The notes beneath the pieces are model-generated. The model did not search any database. It had not been told where the DNA came from and saw nothing but the letters and a program-made list of their open reading frames with translations. A stretch of 58,127 nucleotides of DNA, counting the filler, from Jimgerdemannia flammicorona (taxonomy: Eukaryota), in assembly GCA_003990765.1 (NCBI GenBank). It is 2 parts of 2 records of this genome, joined end to end, with 100 filler letters (N's around TTAATTAATTAA, not from the genome) between each part and the next. Parts side by side here need not be neighbours in the genome. Positions count along the whole stretch, not along the records: positions 1 to 29,016 come from RBNJ01000528.1; positions 29,117 to 58,127 come from RBNJ01000529.1. The stretch is one strand, 5' to 3'. Position numbers and translations under genes: made by a program. This document shows positions 25,601 to 37,517 of the stretch, piece after piece. Numbering within the stretch: the stretch's first letter is position 1; every line of letters begins with the position of its first letter.

Positions 25601-26616
25601 TTGGGTAGATCTACTAAAGGATAGCAAGAAAGGAGATTGATGAATACAGCAGATCAGGCTAGAGGTAGAGAAGCTGAAGGATATACTGAGGCAAGAAGAG
25701 GACCTACAGGTTAAAAGTATAGCAGCCTAACTGTGATAGCAGAGATTGGAGAAGGAGAAAAGACCAACTAAGTTTTTGTCATAGCTTCTGTAGATGAGGA
25801 GGGTAAGGTAGCAGTGGGAGGAGGTTTTGGATGAGGCTGGAGAGTTGGTTGTTGGGGTACTAGAGATTCTGGATCAGTTGAGCAGGTAGTGGGGACATTT
25901 ATAGAGTAAGGAGAATGGAGGAGTTAGGGTGATAAATATTGACAGGCATTTAGAGAATTGGCATCCTGATCTAGCAGTAGACTTAGGTGACCTTGATACT
26001 ACTATTTTAGGAGAAGAGATTTGGCAGGTTCTGACAATGACATGCTCTGGGACAGTACCAGAGAAGAATAGCTTATAGTAGAATTTTTGGAAGAAATAGC
26101 AGAAGTCAAGTTGATTCTAGAGGAAATAGTGATAATGTATAATAAAGTGATAGACTCAGGGGCATGAATTAGAGAACAGAGTTTGGGCCTTATGGCTCTG
26201 CTATTTAAGAATAAGAGGAGGAGAGAGAAGTAGAAGAACTGGAGGCTAATCATGCTTCTGGATATAGATCACAAACTGGTCATAAAGATCCTAGTGGCTA
26301 GGCTGCAGAGAGTGGCTCAATAGGTTCTGGGGACTGAGCAGAGAGAATTCATAGAGAGATATCTGATTAGAGATGAGATAGCCTGGGTGTATAGTGTCAT
26401 CAAGAGAGCCTACACTGCTGGAGTAGATGAATAGCTAGTTTCTTGGACCAAGAGAAGGCCTATGATAGAGTCTAGTGAGTGTAGTTGAAAGGAGTGCTAA
26501 AGCACATTAGGGTCCCTCCTGGAGTCCAACAGATCTTAATGGGTCTACTGAAAGAGAGTTAGACAGCAATTATAGTAAATGAGTACAGAAAGATTTCATT
26601 CTCTCTAGGCAGAAGA
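22625..26616 (+). mobile_element. Degenerate L1/Tx1-clade LINE: ORF1, APE endonuclease and N-terminal half of RT; 3'-truncated
   Basis: ORF2 starts at 24630 with MNNIAKILSLNINRL, then LGGDFN (~25030), SRID (~25220), SDH (~25300), NWRLIMLLDIDHK (~26237) and LDQEKAYDRV (~26443). It breaks off at the GVRQG position. Many TAG/TAA/TGA stops. The 5' boundary is approximate. Confidence 0.88.
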
Positions 26617-27740
26617 TGTACTATAATATCTTAACTAAGATAGATCTTCTCAAGTATTCTATTACTTAGAAATACTATTTTTGATTATTAATCTCTTATT
26701 GTTTTAGAAAACAGTAGCCATTCTTATTATAAATAAAGAAAAGAGTATACTTTTATATTGGTAAAGTAGTTCTTTTTTTAAATAGTATCTACTTATTCAC
26801 TAGGTCTCTTAATATTAAGAGTATAAATATATTAAACAAATTGAGAGAGATTTCATTTATAAAGATCATTAGACCAATTATATATTAATTAGTAGCACTG
26901 AATTTAATAGTATATATTCTCTTCTAAATTTTTATAAAAAATACTCATAAAGATTTTCTAAGATTTATCTTTATATTTATAATAGATTTCTGAATCTTGT
27001 AAATAGTTTCAGTTCCTGTATACTTTTTAATTAACTAGTAAAAAATGGTCTTATATTGATCTACATAGTATTTTATAATAGCTAGAGCATATCTTAGATC
27101 AAAGTTTAGATTATTTGATATTCTGATAAAGACTTTTTTGATATACTTTTTTAGCTAGACTTTAAAGATAATAATTTATCTTTTAGATAGTAAATTCTTC
27201 AGAGTTATAATTCCTTTAATAGTATTTTCCCTTAAATATCTTTTTGGATATTTTGTAAATATATATAGTAAAACTGTTATTTTATCATTATTATTTTCTG
27301 GTTTGTCTTTTAGTTTTATATTAGGTTTTATATTAGTCTCTATACTTATTTCAGTAGAACTATCTGAGATTATCAGATAGATATTAGATCTTTAGAGTAC
27401 TGGTATAATTCTTAGTATTTTTGAAAATACTGGACTTGGAAGAATTACTGATCTAGATAAGAGTAAAATAGATGAAACTTCTTGAGAAAATCAGATAATG
27501 TAATTTTTAAGTTCTTATACAAGTTTGTCAAAATTTTGAATAAGGTGATCAATGTTATCTAGCTGATCTGGTTGGATCATAATATGGCTACTACTTTATC
27601 TAATATATTAATAATATATAAACTTGATAATTAGAGAGTTTTATATAGTACTGACTTTCTTCTATAATTCTTCTGATAGTAGATAGTTGGTAAGTCTAAA
27701 GGTAATTACTTCTCTTTTTATTTAAATACTACTGAAAATT
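26617..27740. mobile_element. Heavily mutated AT-rich repeat remnant interrupting the LINE, family unassigned
   Basis: Abrupt composition switch at ~26617; TpA-rich, no CpG, no readable motif. Confidence 0.4.
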
Positions 27741-27744
27741 TATT

Positions 27745-28915
27745 CTTTTTTTTTTTATTTTATTTTATTTTATTTTTTTTTATAGTTACATAGACTTCTA
27801 CTTTATTACCAAACCATTTATAATATACTATTAATACAACTGTGCTCCTCACCTAATCTCACTTGGTAAAGCCCTCTCTCTCTCACCATTGCCCCAAAAT
27901 ACCACCAGTCCCCCTGCCACCCCAATCCTCTCCTACTCTTCCTATAGATTATCTCTACCAATTATCACCAATACTCCCCACCAGGGCCTCCACTTCTCTA
28001 CTATCTATTCAGCATATCTATCATTAGTCACTCTTATCTAATTACTCTCACTCTCAACTAACTGTCACTCCTCCTTAAATACAAAGAGCTAATATCCTGC
28101 CAGCCTGACCTAAATTGCCAACGCCTATCCTAGTATCAGCCACTCATCTCTCAACCCCCCCACCAGCCTTCTCTGGAGGTCACCTCACCTCTCTTCTACT
28201 GCTAACCCTGGTGATTGTACTCCCAGCTATGTACATCTCAATCTCTCTCCAAAAGTCCCTCATTACCTTATACTCCTCCAGCTAATGTTCAGAAGTCTGT
28301 ATCACTCCTTCCTCCTGCCTGATATTCAAACACTCTACTCCAAGATATCTCCTTCCACCAAGTGATCTATCTGATAGTTCAATAATATTATACTGTAAAA
28401 CTCTTCACTATACTACTCAGAACTTTGGGGGGATCTATCTAGCTGCCTGCTTGCCCCACTACTAGATACTATTCCACTCTTACTCCTTGCCAATTCCCAC
28501 CCCCTGCCATGCCTTGGGCCACAGATCTCTCCCATGCTCCTGAAGGTACTCCATGTTATCCTTTAAGTAGAAATCATCCACTAGTACTCTGCCTAATAGA
28601 AGGTAGTTCTACCTCCACATCTGGGATCCTCATTCCTCCTCCCTCTCATCACCCCTCTATCAGAGACCAATATAATATGCCCTATCAGCCACTCTCTACT
28701 AAAATTCCCTATACTGTATCCTCTGACTCCCCTCTAAAGCCACTAGAGAGAGAAGATCTCTAGTCACATCTCTAGGGGAATCAGGCCTCTCATACCCTCT
28801 GCATAAGTGGAATTTACTCTCTGCCCCTCAACTCACTTGCTCACTTCAACCACTATACCTGCAAGCAGTGAAGACACTTGGGAAAATCCACTAGATCTAG
28901 GCCTCCTTGATCTAC
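27745..28915 (-). mobile_element. 3' end of an L1/Tx1-like LINE with AATAAA and A-rich tail
   Basis: The T-rich tract 27745-27781 is a poly(A) tail on the minus strand, with AATAAA at 27807-27802. Zinc-knuckle region is homologous to 300-440. Confidence 0.72.
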
Positions 28916-28973
28916 TTTTTTTTTTTTTTTTTTTTTTTACCTTTGTTTTTCAATCTTTTTTCCAGGGCTTTCT

Positions 28974-29016
<43 letters not shown>

Positions 29017-29116
29017 NNNNNNNNNNNNNNNNNNNNNNNNNNNNNNNNNNNNNNNNNNNNTTAATTAATTAANNNNNNNNNNNNNNNNNNNNNNNNNNNN
29101 NNNNNNNNNNNNNNNN
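29017..29116. other. Artificial assembly linker: N44-TTAATTAATTAA-N44
   Basis: Exactly 100 nt and symmetric; the 12-mer places stops in all six frames. Confidence 0.95.
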
Positions 29117-30394
29117 TTTAAAAAAAAAAAAAAAAAAAGTAAATACTGATAAGAAAATATGGGCTCAGGCTCTAGGTGAAAGCAAGTGGGACATACTTAG
29201 GAATGTTGTCAGAGTTTTGGAAGTAAGTGGTGATTACTCTGGCTCTACACTTGTTTTGTCAGCCTCTATACTCATTTTGTCCATCTCTGCACAATACAAT
29301 ATCTCACCACATATAACTGCCAGTGTTTCAATGATTGTATAAAGGATATAGTCTAACAAACGACTGTGATAATAAGCTTGGCAATACCAGTATACAACCT
29401 TCTGATTGACTGAATAGAGGACAAGCTCAAGGATAGGCTGGAGGATTGTGGTGATTTATGGTTGAGTCCGGATCAGAGAGATACTATAGAGATTGTTCTT
29501 AGTAAGCACAGAAAGTACTACTCCCTAACAGATACCACCACCACCATATACTCAATCAGTATAGGTATGTTGATGTTGATGTCAGCATGTGGCCATTGCT
29601 CCTTCTAAAACAGAGAAACCCCTGCAAAAACTCACTTTCTCCTCTCCTTCAAATAGTGCTGGACCCATGCTTAAAGCTACAATACCATAAAGATCAGGGC
29701 TAGGAGCAGCACTTCATTGAGAGAACCAAGCAGGCCATAATTGAAGTGAACCAGAAAAACTACATGCCACCACAAGGTTCTGGCTAAAGTAGATGAATAT
29801 GCTGAAAGATCTCTCCAGTCCCACATTTACTTTAGCAGAAAGAGGAAGAGAGAGCCATCAGTGGAAGAGCTACTATCAATAGATGAACTTACAATTTACC
29901 TCACCAGTGACCATGTGATCCTGCTAGAGAGTGTAGAGATACTCAACTGGTGGAAGGTGGATTGTCAGGTGGGTATTAGACCAATTTAACCCACCAATCT
30001 AATCACTGCTCTACCTACTGTTCTACCCATCAGAGCATGCAGCTGTGTCAAACAGACTTCCCAAGTCTGTGTGGTATGGCTCAGGACTACCTGGCGATTC
30101 CTGCCTCCAGTGCTCCCATCGAGCAGGTGTTCTCAGATGGGGTAGACCTCATTGCCCCAAAGAGGTGTGCACTGAATGCTTAGACAAACTGGGTGTGTAT
30201 GTGTCTGAAGTCTTGGTGGGGCTTGGGCTGCTAAAATTCAGTGGGTTCTGAGAGTTCGCAGATAAGTTGGTAGGCCTTGTAGAATATTTAATACCTTTCA
30301 AAAATAATAAAACGGCAAAAAACCCTGAGGACTCAGCCTGGAGTTTGCAGTCCAAGTGGGCAGCAGTTGGCAGGATTAGTAGTGGCAGTGGAGG

Positions 30395-30970
30395 GAGCAT
30401 GCAATGTTTGTGGCCCTCTGCCAGTAGCAAGGGGCAGCCCCAAGCTGTCAGTGCTCAGATTGGTGGGCAGGTTGGCAGAGAGAGCATGCAAAATTTATTT
30501 CCCTCTGCTGGCAACAAGGGGCAGCTCCAAGCTGCAAGTGTCCCAGTTGGGGGGGTTGGCAATGAGAGGCAGCCTCAAGCTAACAGTGTCTGGGTCAGTG
30601 GGCAGGGTTGGTTGGCAGAGTTGGTGGGCATGGGGTCAGCAGAGGGAGTGCACAAATTTTGCAGCCCTCTGCCAGCAGCAAGGGGCAGCCCCAAGCCACA
30701 AGTGTCTGGGATGAGTGGGACAGGTGGAGGGAGTACACAAAATTTGCAGCCCTTTACTAGCAGTGAGAGGCAGCCACAAGCTGTCAGTGCCTAGGTCAGT
30801 GGGCAGGGTTGGTAGGCATGGGGTCAGTTAGAGCGGGTACAAAATTTGCAGCCCTCTGCTGGTAGTAAGGGGCAGCCCCAAGCCACAAGTATCTGGAATG
30901 GGCAGGGCAGGCAGAGGGAGTGTGCAAAATTTGTGGCCCTCTGCCAGTGGCGTAGGGGCAGCCCTAAGCT
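30395..30970 (+). repeat. Internal hAT array: 7 units with a ~45-bp core and alternating linkers
   Basis: Core CAAAATTTGYRGCCCTCTGCYRGYAGYAAGGGGCAGCCCCAAGC; period ~85-105 bp; unit 3 is partly deleted. Confidence 0.85.
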
Positions 30971-31339
30971 AGGGACAGAGAGTGCTTCTGGTAGTCGGAG
31001 AGTACTTCTGGTAGTTGGAGGACATTTCTGGTAGTTGAAGTCTACTACAGATTCAGACCCTATCACCAGTTCGGGTCTCACAGGCACCCTGGCCCTATGC
31101 CCAGTGCCACACTGGTGGCACTGCAGAGCAGGGCCAAGGGGCTGGTAGGGCCCTATACAATGGCTAAGCTAGGACTACAGAAGAGATGCCTGGCCCAACC
31201 CCCCATATAAGACTACCTAACCTATACAAAATGACTTTCCAATCCTCATAAAAAACAGCCTATCCCTCATGAAAGGTTGCCTAACCCTCACAAAAACTAC
31301 TCTACCTGCTGGTCTCAGGCCTTGTTGAGCCTATCGAGT

Positions 31340-32060
31340 GCAATGACTATTGTGTCCAAGCTCTTCTCAAAGGTGATGGTACCATAGTAGTTATGTGGTT
31401 GGAAGAGGATGACCATGTTGGCTACAAATGGGACCCCGAAACTTTAGGTGAGGTTATACCAGACTCTGCCACTATCCTCTCAGGTTAGGCCCTTCCTTTT
31501 CAGGATGTAAAACATTACTGGAGTGATATTGTTATCTGTGTGGGTAGGCAGAGAAAGGTTGCGCCCAACATATCCTGATGTGATATGAGTGTATAGTTGG
31601 GTGAACCCTTGGCTCAGGACCTTATACTGCCAGACTGTGCTAGTGAATGCCTGCCCTTGGTCCAGCCCCAGGAGCCCTGGCTTGGAAACCTACCAAAATG
31701 AACAGCAACCAGTCAGTCCTTTTTGCATCTGGGGGGGCAGAAACCCCATGGGCCACAGAAACCCCCCAGGTCACAGAAATCCCTCAGACTGCAGCACTCC
31801 AAAAAAGAGGAGCTCCTCACCTCATATGGCATGCTAAATTGCACCAAGAATTCACATATAGCTGCACTAAGATCACCACCAAGCTGGCCTGCCATATGCT
31901 CTACCAATCTGCTCAAAGAACCCCAGATTATAGCTGCTATCACTGTACAGGCCATATTGTACTCATGAGCAGTTTGCTCTTTGATGGCACTTCTAAAGTT
32001 CTGGTAGGAGTACAGAATCTTATGCATCTCTAAAAAAGAGTATGTTGATGAAGAGTGATT
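31340..32060 (+). pseudogene. hAT cargo gene Y remnant (unknown function), same strand as the transposase; second copy at ~35610-36330 (-)
   Basis: YCVQALLKGDGTIVVMWLEEDDHVGYKWDPETL, then a GTGAG donor, then a long frame (DVKHYWSDIVICVG...LLKEPQIIAAI) broken by stops of the C-to-T type. Confidence 0.45.
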
Positions 32061-34423
32061 TATCTGTGGAGGAGTAAAAAAAAAGAGAGATGAGTGTAGA
32101 GGATTTCAAAACTCTGGAATCCACCCTTTGCCAGTATTGCAGCATACCCAATTCCCATCCAAACTCCCGCTCCTTGCTTTTTTCACCCCCTCTTTCCTGC
32201 CACCTGGTATTTGACACAATCCTTATAAATCTCATTGATGTGATGGCAAAGCTCATTGCCATAGAGGTTCCTTACCACCATCACAACCACCTCTCTATAT
32301 TTATTAATAAAGATATGGTTCTCTTCATCATTGGTTACTCCTACTGGCCAATGGACTCCTTGGTCGAGAATTATTGGCTCTGATTCAAATGTAGACCCCC
32401 AAGCCTTGATGATGATGCTGGTATGCTTATGCTGAACATCTTGCCCTCAAATTTCTCTATTTGATCAGACACCGAATATGGTTGAACTTGAGTAACTTTG
32501 AACTCTTCTTTCTAATGGAACTGAGTCCTGATCTGAGGGACTGAGATAAGTGTGTAGATGGGTTGCATGCAGATGGGTTTTATGTGGATGGGTTGCATGT
32601 GGGCAAGTTGCATGTGAGTGGGTTGCATGCAGGTGTGGGTGTTTTTTAGGGGGAGACTACATAAAAAATGAAATTAAATAAAATACAGAGATGGGTATTT
32701 CAGAAAAAGAGCATGAGTGAGTAAGTGAGTGAGCTGCATATCAACAAGTTACATACCAACAAGTTGCATAAGATTCCTCATGAAGGCTTGCTTTTGTTTC
32801 TTTTGAGACCTCCACCATGTGATGCATTGACTCAACAGCTCAGCCACCAAAGGTATACCCCACAATGTCCTCCAACCTTGCTTCATCTTGACCAGATGTT
32901 GTGAATAAAGTCAGCAGATCTTGCTGTAGAGCTGTGGACCCTAAGAAGAGCATAAGGTGAATTGGGTCATACTGAGGGAATTTAAACAAGTAAAAAGTAG
33001 CAGCAGAAAAGAGCAACCTACATCTACTACTGGCTGCTCCAAAAAGGCTGCCACATATATAGCTGTGAGGTCTTGGAATTCTGAGGTCTGAAGGGCCACT
33101 GTAAATTGTTGCCAGAATTCACCCTCATCCCAACCATCACCATTGCTACTGCTGTCACCCCTTTGGCTCTCAATGAGCAGCTTGTATGCTGCCCATATGA
33201 GAAAAAATCTAATATTGTCAGCAGAGAGTGTATTTCCACCTTGAATACTCTCTCTTTTAATGATTATTGCAGGATGAAAAATGAGTAGACTGGATCAACA
33301 TATGAATTAAAGGCTGCTGTTTTGTTTACTCATGAATGCAGCAGGAAACAACAAAGAAAAAGAACAAAAAAAAAAGAGGGAACAAAGGAAAGGGTGATGT
33401 CACTAAAGTGCAGCAGAAAAAAGAAAACAAGAGTGAAATGAACAAAAGAAAGGGTAATATCACCAAAGATTTCAATCTGGATGGGTCAATCTGGATGAAT
33501 CAATCTGGATGGATCATCCAGATGGATCAATCCAGATCAGATCACAAGACCAATCCAAGTTGATTTGAATCCATCACATGACAAACCTGAATCGAATCTC
33601 ATCTGAATCAACTCCATTCATTTGGAGCACTAGGTATCTAGTACTACAAGTATCATACCAGGCTTACAGATGATCATCAGATTGAAGATTTGAAGCTTGA
33701 GACTCCACTTGGCTTATAGATATAATAGGGTAGATTGGATATTGATGAACTTAAGAGATTGATGGTCAGTAATGATATCAAATTCAATATCTTCTAGATA
33801 GTATTACCAGTAGTCTAGTACATGTATCATTATCAGTAATTTCTTCTCATAAGTGGCTAGCTACTGTTTAGCTGAGACTAACTTATAGGACTCAAAAGGA
33901 ATAAGATGATATTTTTTACTATCATCTTATGACAGGACTGCTCTATTGGCAAAATTTGATGCATCAGTAGTAACTATAAATTTTAGGCTTTCATCTGCAT
34001 TATATAGGACTGGAGCATAGATCAGATAGTTTTTGAGTTCTTGAAAGGCTTGTTGATAGAAGAGGTTCCAGGTAGTGCTCCAAATGAATAGAGTTGATCC
34101 GGATGAGATTCAATTCAGATTTGTTATATGATGGATTCGAATCAACTCAGATTGGTCTCATGATCTGATCCAGATTGATTCATCCAGATAATCCATCCAG
34201 ATTGACCCATTCAGATTGAAATCTTTGATGACATCACTCTTTCTTTTGTTCATTTCACTCTTGTTTTTTTTTTTCTTCTGCACTTTGGTGACATCACCCT
34301 TTCCTTTGTTCTCTCTCTTTTCTTTGTTCTTTTTCTTTGTTCTTTCCTACCACATTCCCAAGCAAACAGAACAGCAGCTCTTAATTCATATGTTGGTCCA
34401 GTCTACTCATTTTTCACCCTGCA

Positions 34424-35466
34424 ATGATTGTTAAAAGAGAGAGTATTTGAGGTGGAAATGCACTCTCTGCTGACAATGTTAGATTTTTTCTCATATGGGC
34501 AGCACACAAGCTGCTCATCGAGAGCCAAAGAGGTGACAGCAGTGGCGATGGCAGGGATGAGGGTGAATTTCGGCAACAACTCATAGTGGCCCTTCAGATC
34601 TCAGAATTCACAGACCTCACAGCTATGTACATAGCAGCCTTTTTGGAGCAGATGGTAGTAAATGTAGGTTGCTCTTTTCTGCTGCTACTTTTGTTTAAAT
34701 TTCCCCAGTATGACCTGATTTACCTCATACTCTTCTTAGGGTCCATAGCTCTATGGCAAGATCTGGCAACTTTATTCACAATATCCAGTCAAGATGAAGA
34801 AAGGTTGGTGGAAATTGTGGGGCATACCTTTGGTAGCTGAGCTATTGAGTCAATGTATCACATGGTGGAGGTCTCAAAAGGAACAGAAGCAAGCCTTTGT
34901 GAGCAATCTTGTGCAACTCATCAGCATGCAACTCGTCGGCATACAGCTCACTCACTCACTCACTCATGCTCTTTTTCTGAAATACCCATCTTCATGTTTT
35001 ATTTAAATTCATTTTTTATATAGTCTCCCCCTAAAAAACACCCACACCCACATGCAACATACCTGCACATAACTTGTCCACATGTAACCCATCTGCATGC
35101 AACCCATCTGCATGTACACTTATCTTGGTCCCTTAGATCAGGGCTCAGTTCTATTAGAAAGGAGAGTTCAAAGTTACCCAAGTTCAACCATGTCTAGCAT
35201 CTGATCAAATAGAGAAATTTGAGGACAAGATGTTCAGCATGAGCAGTACCAGCATTGTCATCAAGGCTTGGGGGTCTATATTCAAATCAGAGCCAATCAT
35301 TCTCGACCAAGGGATCCATTGGCCAGCAGGAGTAACCAATGATGAAGAGAACCATATCTTTATTAACAAATGTAGAGAGGTGGTTGCAATGGTGGTAAGG
35401 AACCTCTATGGCAATGAGCTTCACTGCTACATTAACGGGATTTACAATGACTGTGTCAAATACTGA
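34424..35466 (+). pseudogene. hAT cargo gene X remnant (unknown function), antisense to the transposase; second copy at ~32190-33270 (-)
   Basis: Three exon-like blocks (MIVKRESI*GGNALSADNVRFFLIWAAHKLL...; GSIALWQDLATLF...; ...IVIKAWGSIFKSEPIILDQGIHWPAGV...NDCVKY) separated by GT..CTTAG intron-like segments; present in both copies. Confidence 0.5.
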
Positions 35467-36731
35467 ATAGCAGGAAAGAGGGGGCGAAAAAAGCAAGGAG
35501 GGGGGGTTTGGACAGGAATTAGATATACTGCAATACTGGCAAAGGGTGAGTTCTGGAGTTCTGAAATTCCCTGCACTCGTCTCTCTTTTTTTTTACTCCT
35601 CTACAGATAAATCACACTCTTTGCCAATATACTCTTTTTTGATATAAATCCAGAGTACACAAGATTCTATACCCCTACCGGAACTTTAAAGTGCCATTGA
35701 AGAGCAAACTATGCGCAAGCACAATACGGCCTGTATGGCAATGGCAGCTATGATCTGGAGTTCTTTGAGCAGATTGGTAGAGCATATGGCAGGCCAGCTT
35801 GGTGGTGACCTCGGCACAGCTGTATATGCATTCTTGGTGCAATTTAGTATGCTGTATGAGGTGAGGAGCTCTGCTTTTTTGGGGTGCTGCAGCCTGAAGG
35901 GTTTCTGCAGCCTGGGGGGTTTCTGCCCCCCCACATACAAAAAGGACTAACTGGTTGCCATCTATTTTTGCAGATTTCTAAGCTGGGGCTCTCAGGGCTG
36001 AACCAAGGGCAGGTATCCACCAGTATAGCCTGGCTGTATGAGGTCCTAGGCCAAGGGTTCACCCAACCATATGCTCACATTATATCAGGATATATTGGGC
36101 ACAACCTTTCTCTGCCCACACATACAGACAACAATGTCACCCTGGTAATATTTTACATCTCAGAAAGGAAGGGCCCAACCTGAGAGGATAGTGGCAGAGT
36201 CTGGTATAATCTCACCTATAGTTTCAAGATCCCATTTGCAGCCAACAGAGCCATCCTCTTCCAACCACATGACTATAATGGTACCATTGCCTTTGAGGAG
36301 AGCTCAGATACAATAGTTGTAGCACTTACAACAGATGATAGGCTCATTAAGGCCAGGGACTGGCAGATGGAGCAGTTTTTGTGAGAGTTAGACAATCTTT
36401 CACAAGGGATAGGCAGTCTTTCGCAAGAGATAGGCAGTCTTTTGTGAGAGTTAGACAGTCATTTTGTGTGGATTGGGCGGTCTTATGTGGGGGGTTGGGT
36501 CAGGCACCTCTTCTGTAGCCCTAGCTTAGCCATTATGCAGGGCCCTACTGGCCCCTTGGCTCTACTCTGCAGTGCTGCCAGTGCAGCACTACAGCGCAGG
36601 GCCAGGGTGCCCATGGGACCTGAACCAGTGATGGGGCCTGAATCTGTGGTGGACTTCAACTGCTGGAAATGCCCTCCAACCACCAGAAGCACCCTCTGAC
36701 TGCTAGAAGCACTCTCTACCCCAGACTTCTT

Positions 36732-37352
36732 AGCAGCTTGGGGCTGCCCCTATGCTGCTGGCAGAGGGCCACAAATTTTGTGTGCTCCCTCTGTCTGCCC
36801 TGCCCATCCTGGATACTTGTGGCTTGGGGCTGCCCCTTGCTGACAGCAGAGGGCCGCAAATTTTGTGTACTCTCTCACTGACTCCATGCCCACCAACCCT
36901 GCCCACTGACCCAGACACTGACAGCTTGGAGCTGCCCCTTATTGCTGGCAGAGGGCCACAAATTTTGCCTGCTCTCTCTCCCTGCCCCACCCATCCTGGA
37001 TACTTGCAGCTTGGGGCTGTCCCTTGTTTCCAGCAGAGGGCCACAAATTTTGCATGCTCCCTCTACTGACCCTATGCCCACCAACCCCGCTGACTGATCC
37101 TGCCCACTGACCCAGGTGCTGACAGCTTGGGGCTACTCCTTGCTGCTGATGGAGGGCCATAAGTTTTGCATGCTCCCTCTGCCAACTCTCCCAACTGGGA
37201 CACTTGTGGCTTGGGGCTGCCCCTTGCTGATAGCAGAGGGCTGCAAATTTTACACACTCTCTCTGCTGACCCAACCACTGACCTGCCCACCTATCTGAGC
37301 ACTGATAGCTTGGGGCTGCCCTTGCTGCTGGCAGAGGGTCGCAAACACTTTG
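36732..37352 (-). repeat. Internal hAT array, 7 units (copy 2)
   Basis: GCTTGGGGCTGCCCCTTGCTG..GCAGAGGGCCACAAATTTT at ~36736, 36822, 36924, 37009, 37125, 37209 and 37308. Confidence 0.85.
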
Positions 37353-37517
37353 TGCTCCCTCCACTGCCACTGCCAACCCCACTGACCACTGCCTACTTAG
37401 ACTGCAAACTCTGGGCCGAGTCCTCAGGGCTTTTTGCCTTTTTATTATTTTTGAAAGGTATTAAATATTCCACAAGGCCAACCAACTTTTCTGCGAACCC
37501 CCAGGACCCACTGAATT

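Larger units (their letters stand above)
29117..33632 (+). mobile_element. hAT DNA transposon copy 1 (5' part lost in the gap)
   Basis: Transposase C-terminus LNWWK...FPSLCGMAQDYLAIPASSAPIEQVFSDG at ~29940-30230. Ends with TIR TTTGGAGCACTA at 33621-33632. Collinear with the reverse complement of 34073-38630. Confidence 0.9.

Noticed and set aside
29061..29072. TTAATTAATTAA palindrome as a biological site
   Set aside because: It is centred in symmetric N runs, so it is an assembly linker.
30395..30970. CRISPR-like repeat-spacer array (also 36732-37352)
   Set aside because: The linkers are related to each other (alternating A/B) and not unique, there are no cas genes, and the array lies inside a eukaryotic hAT element.
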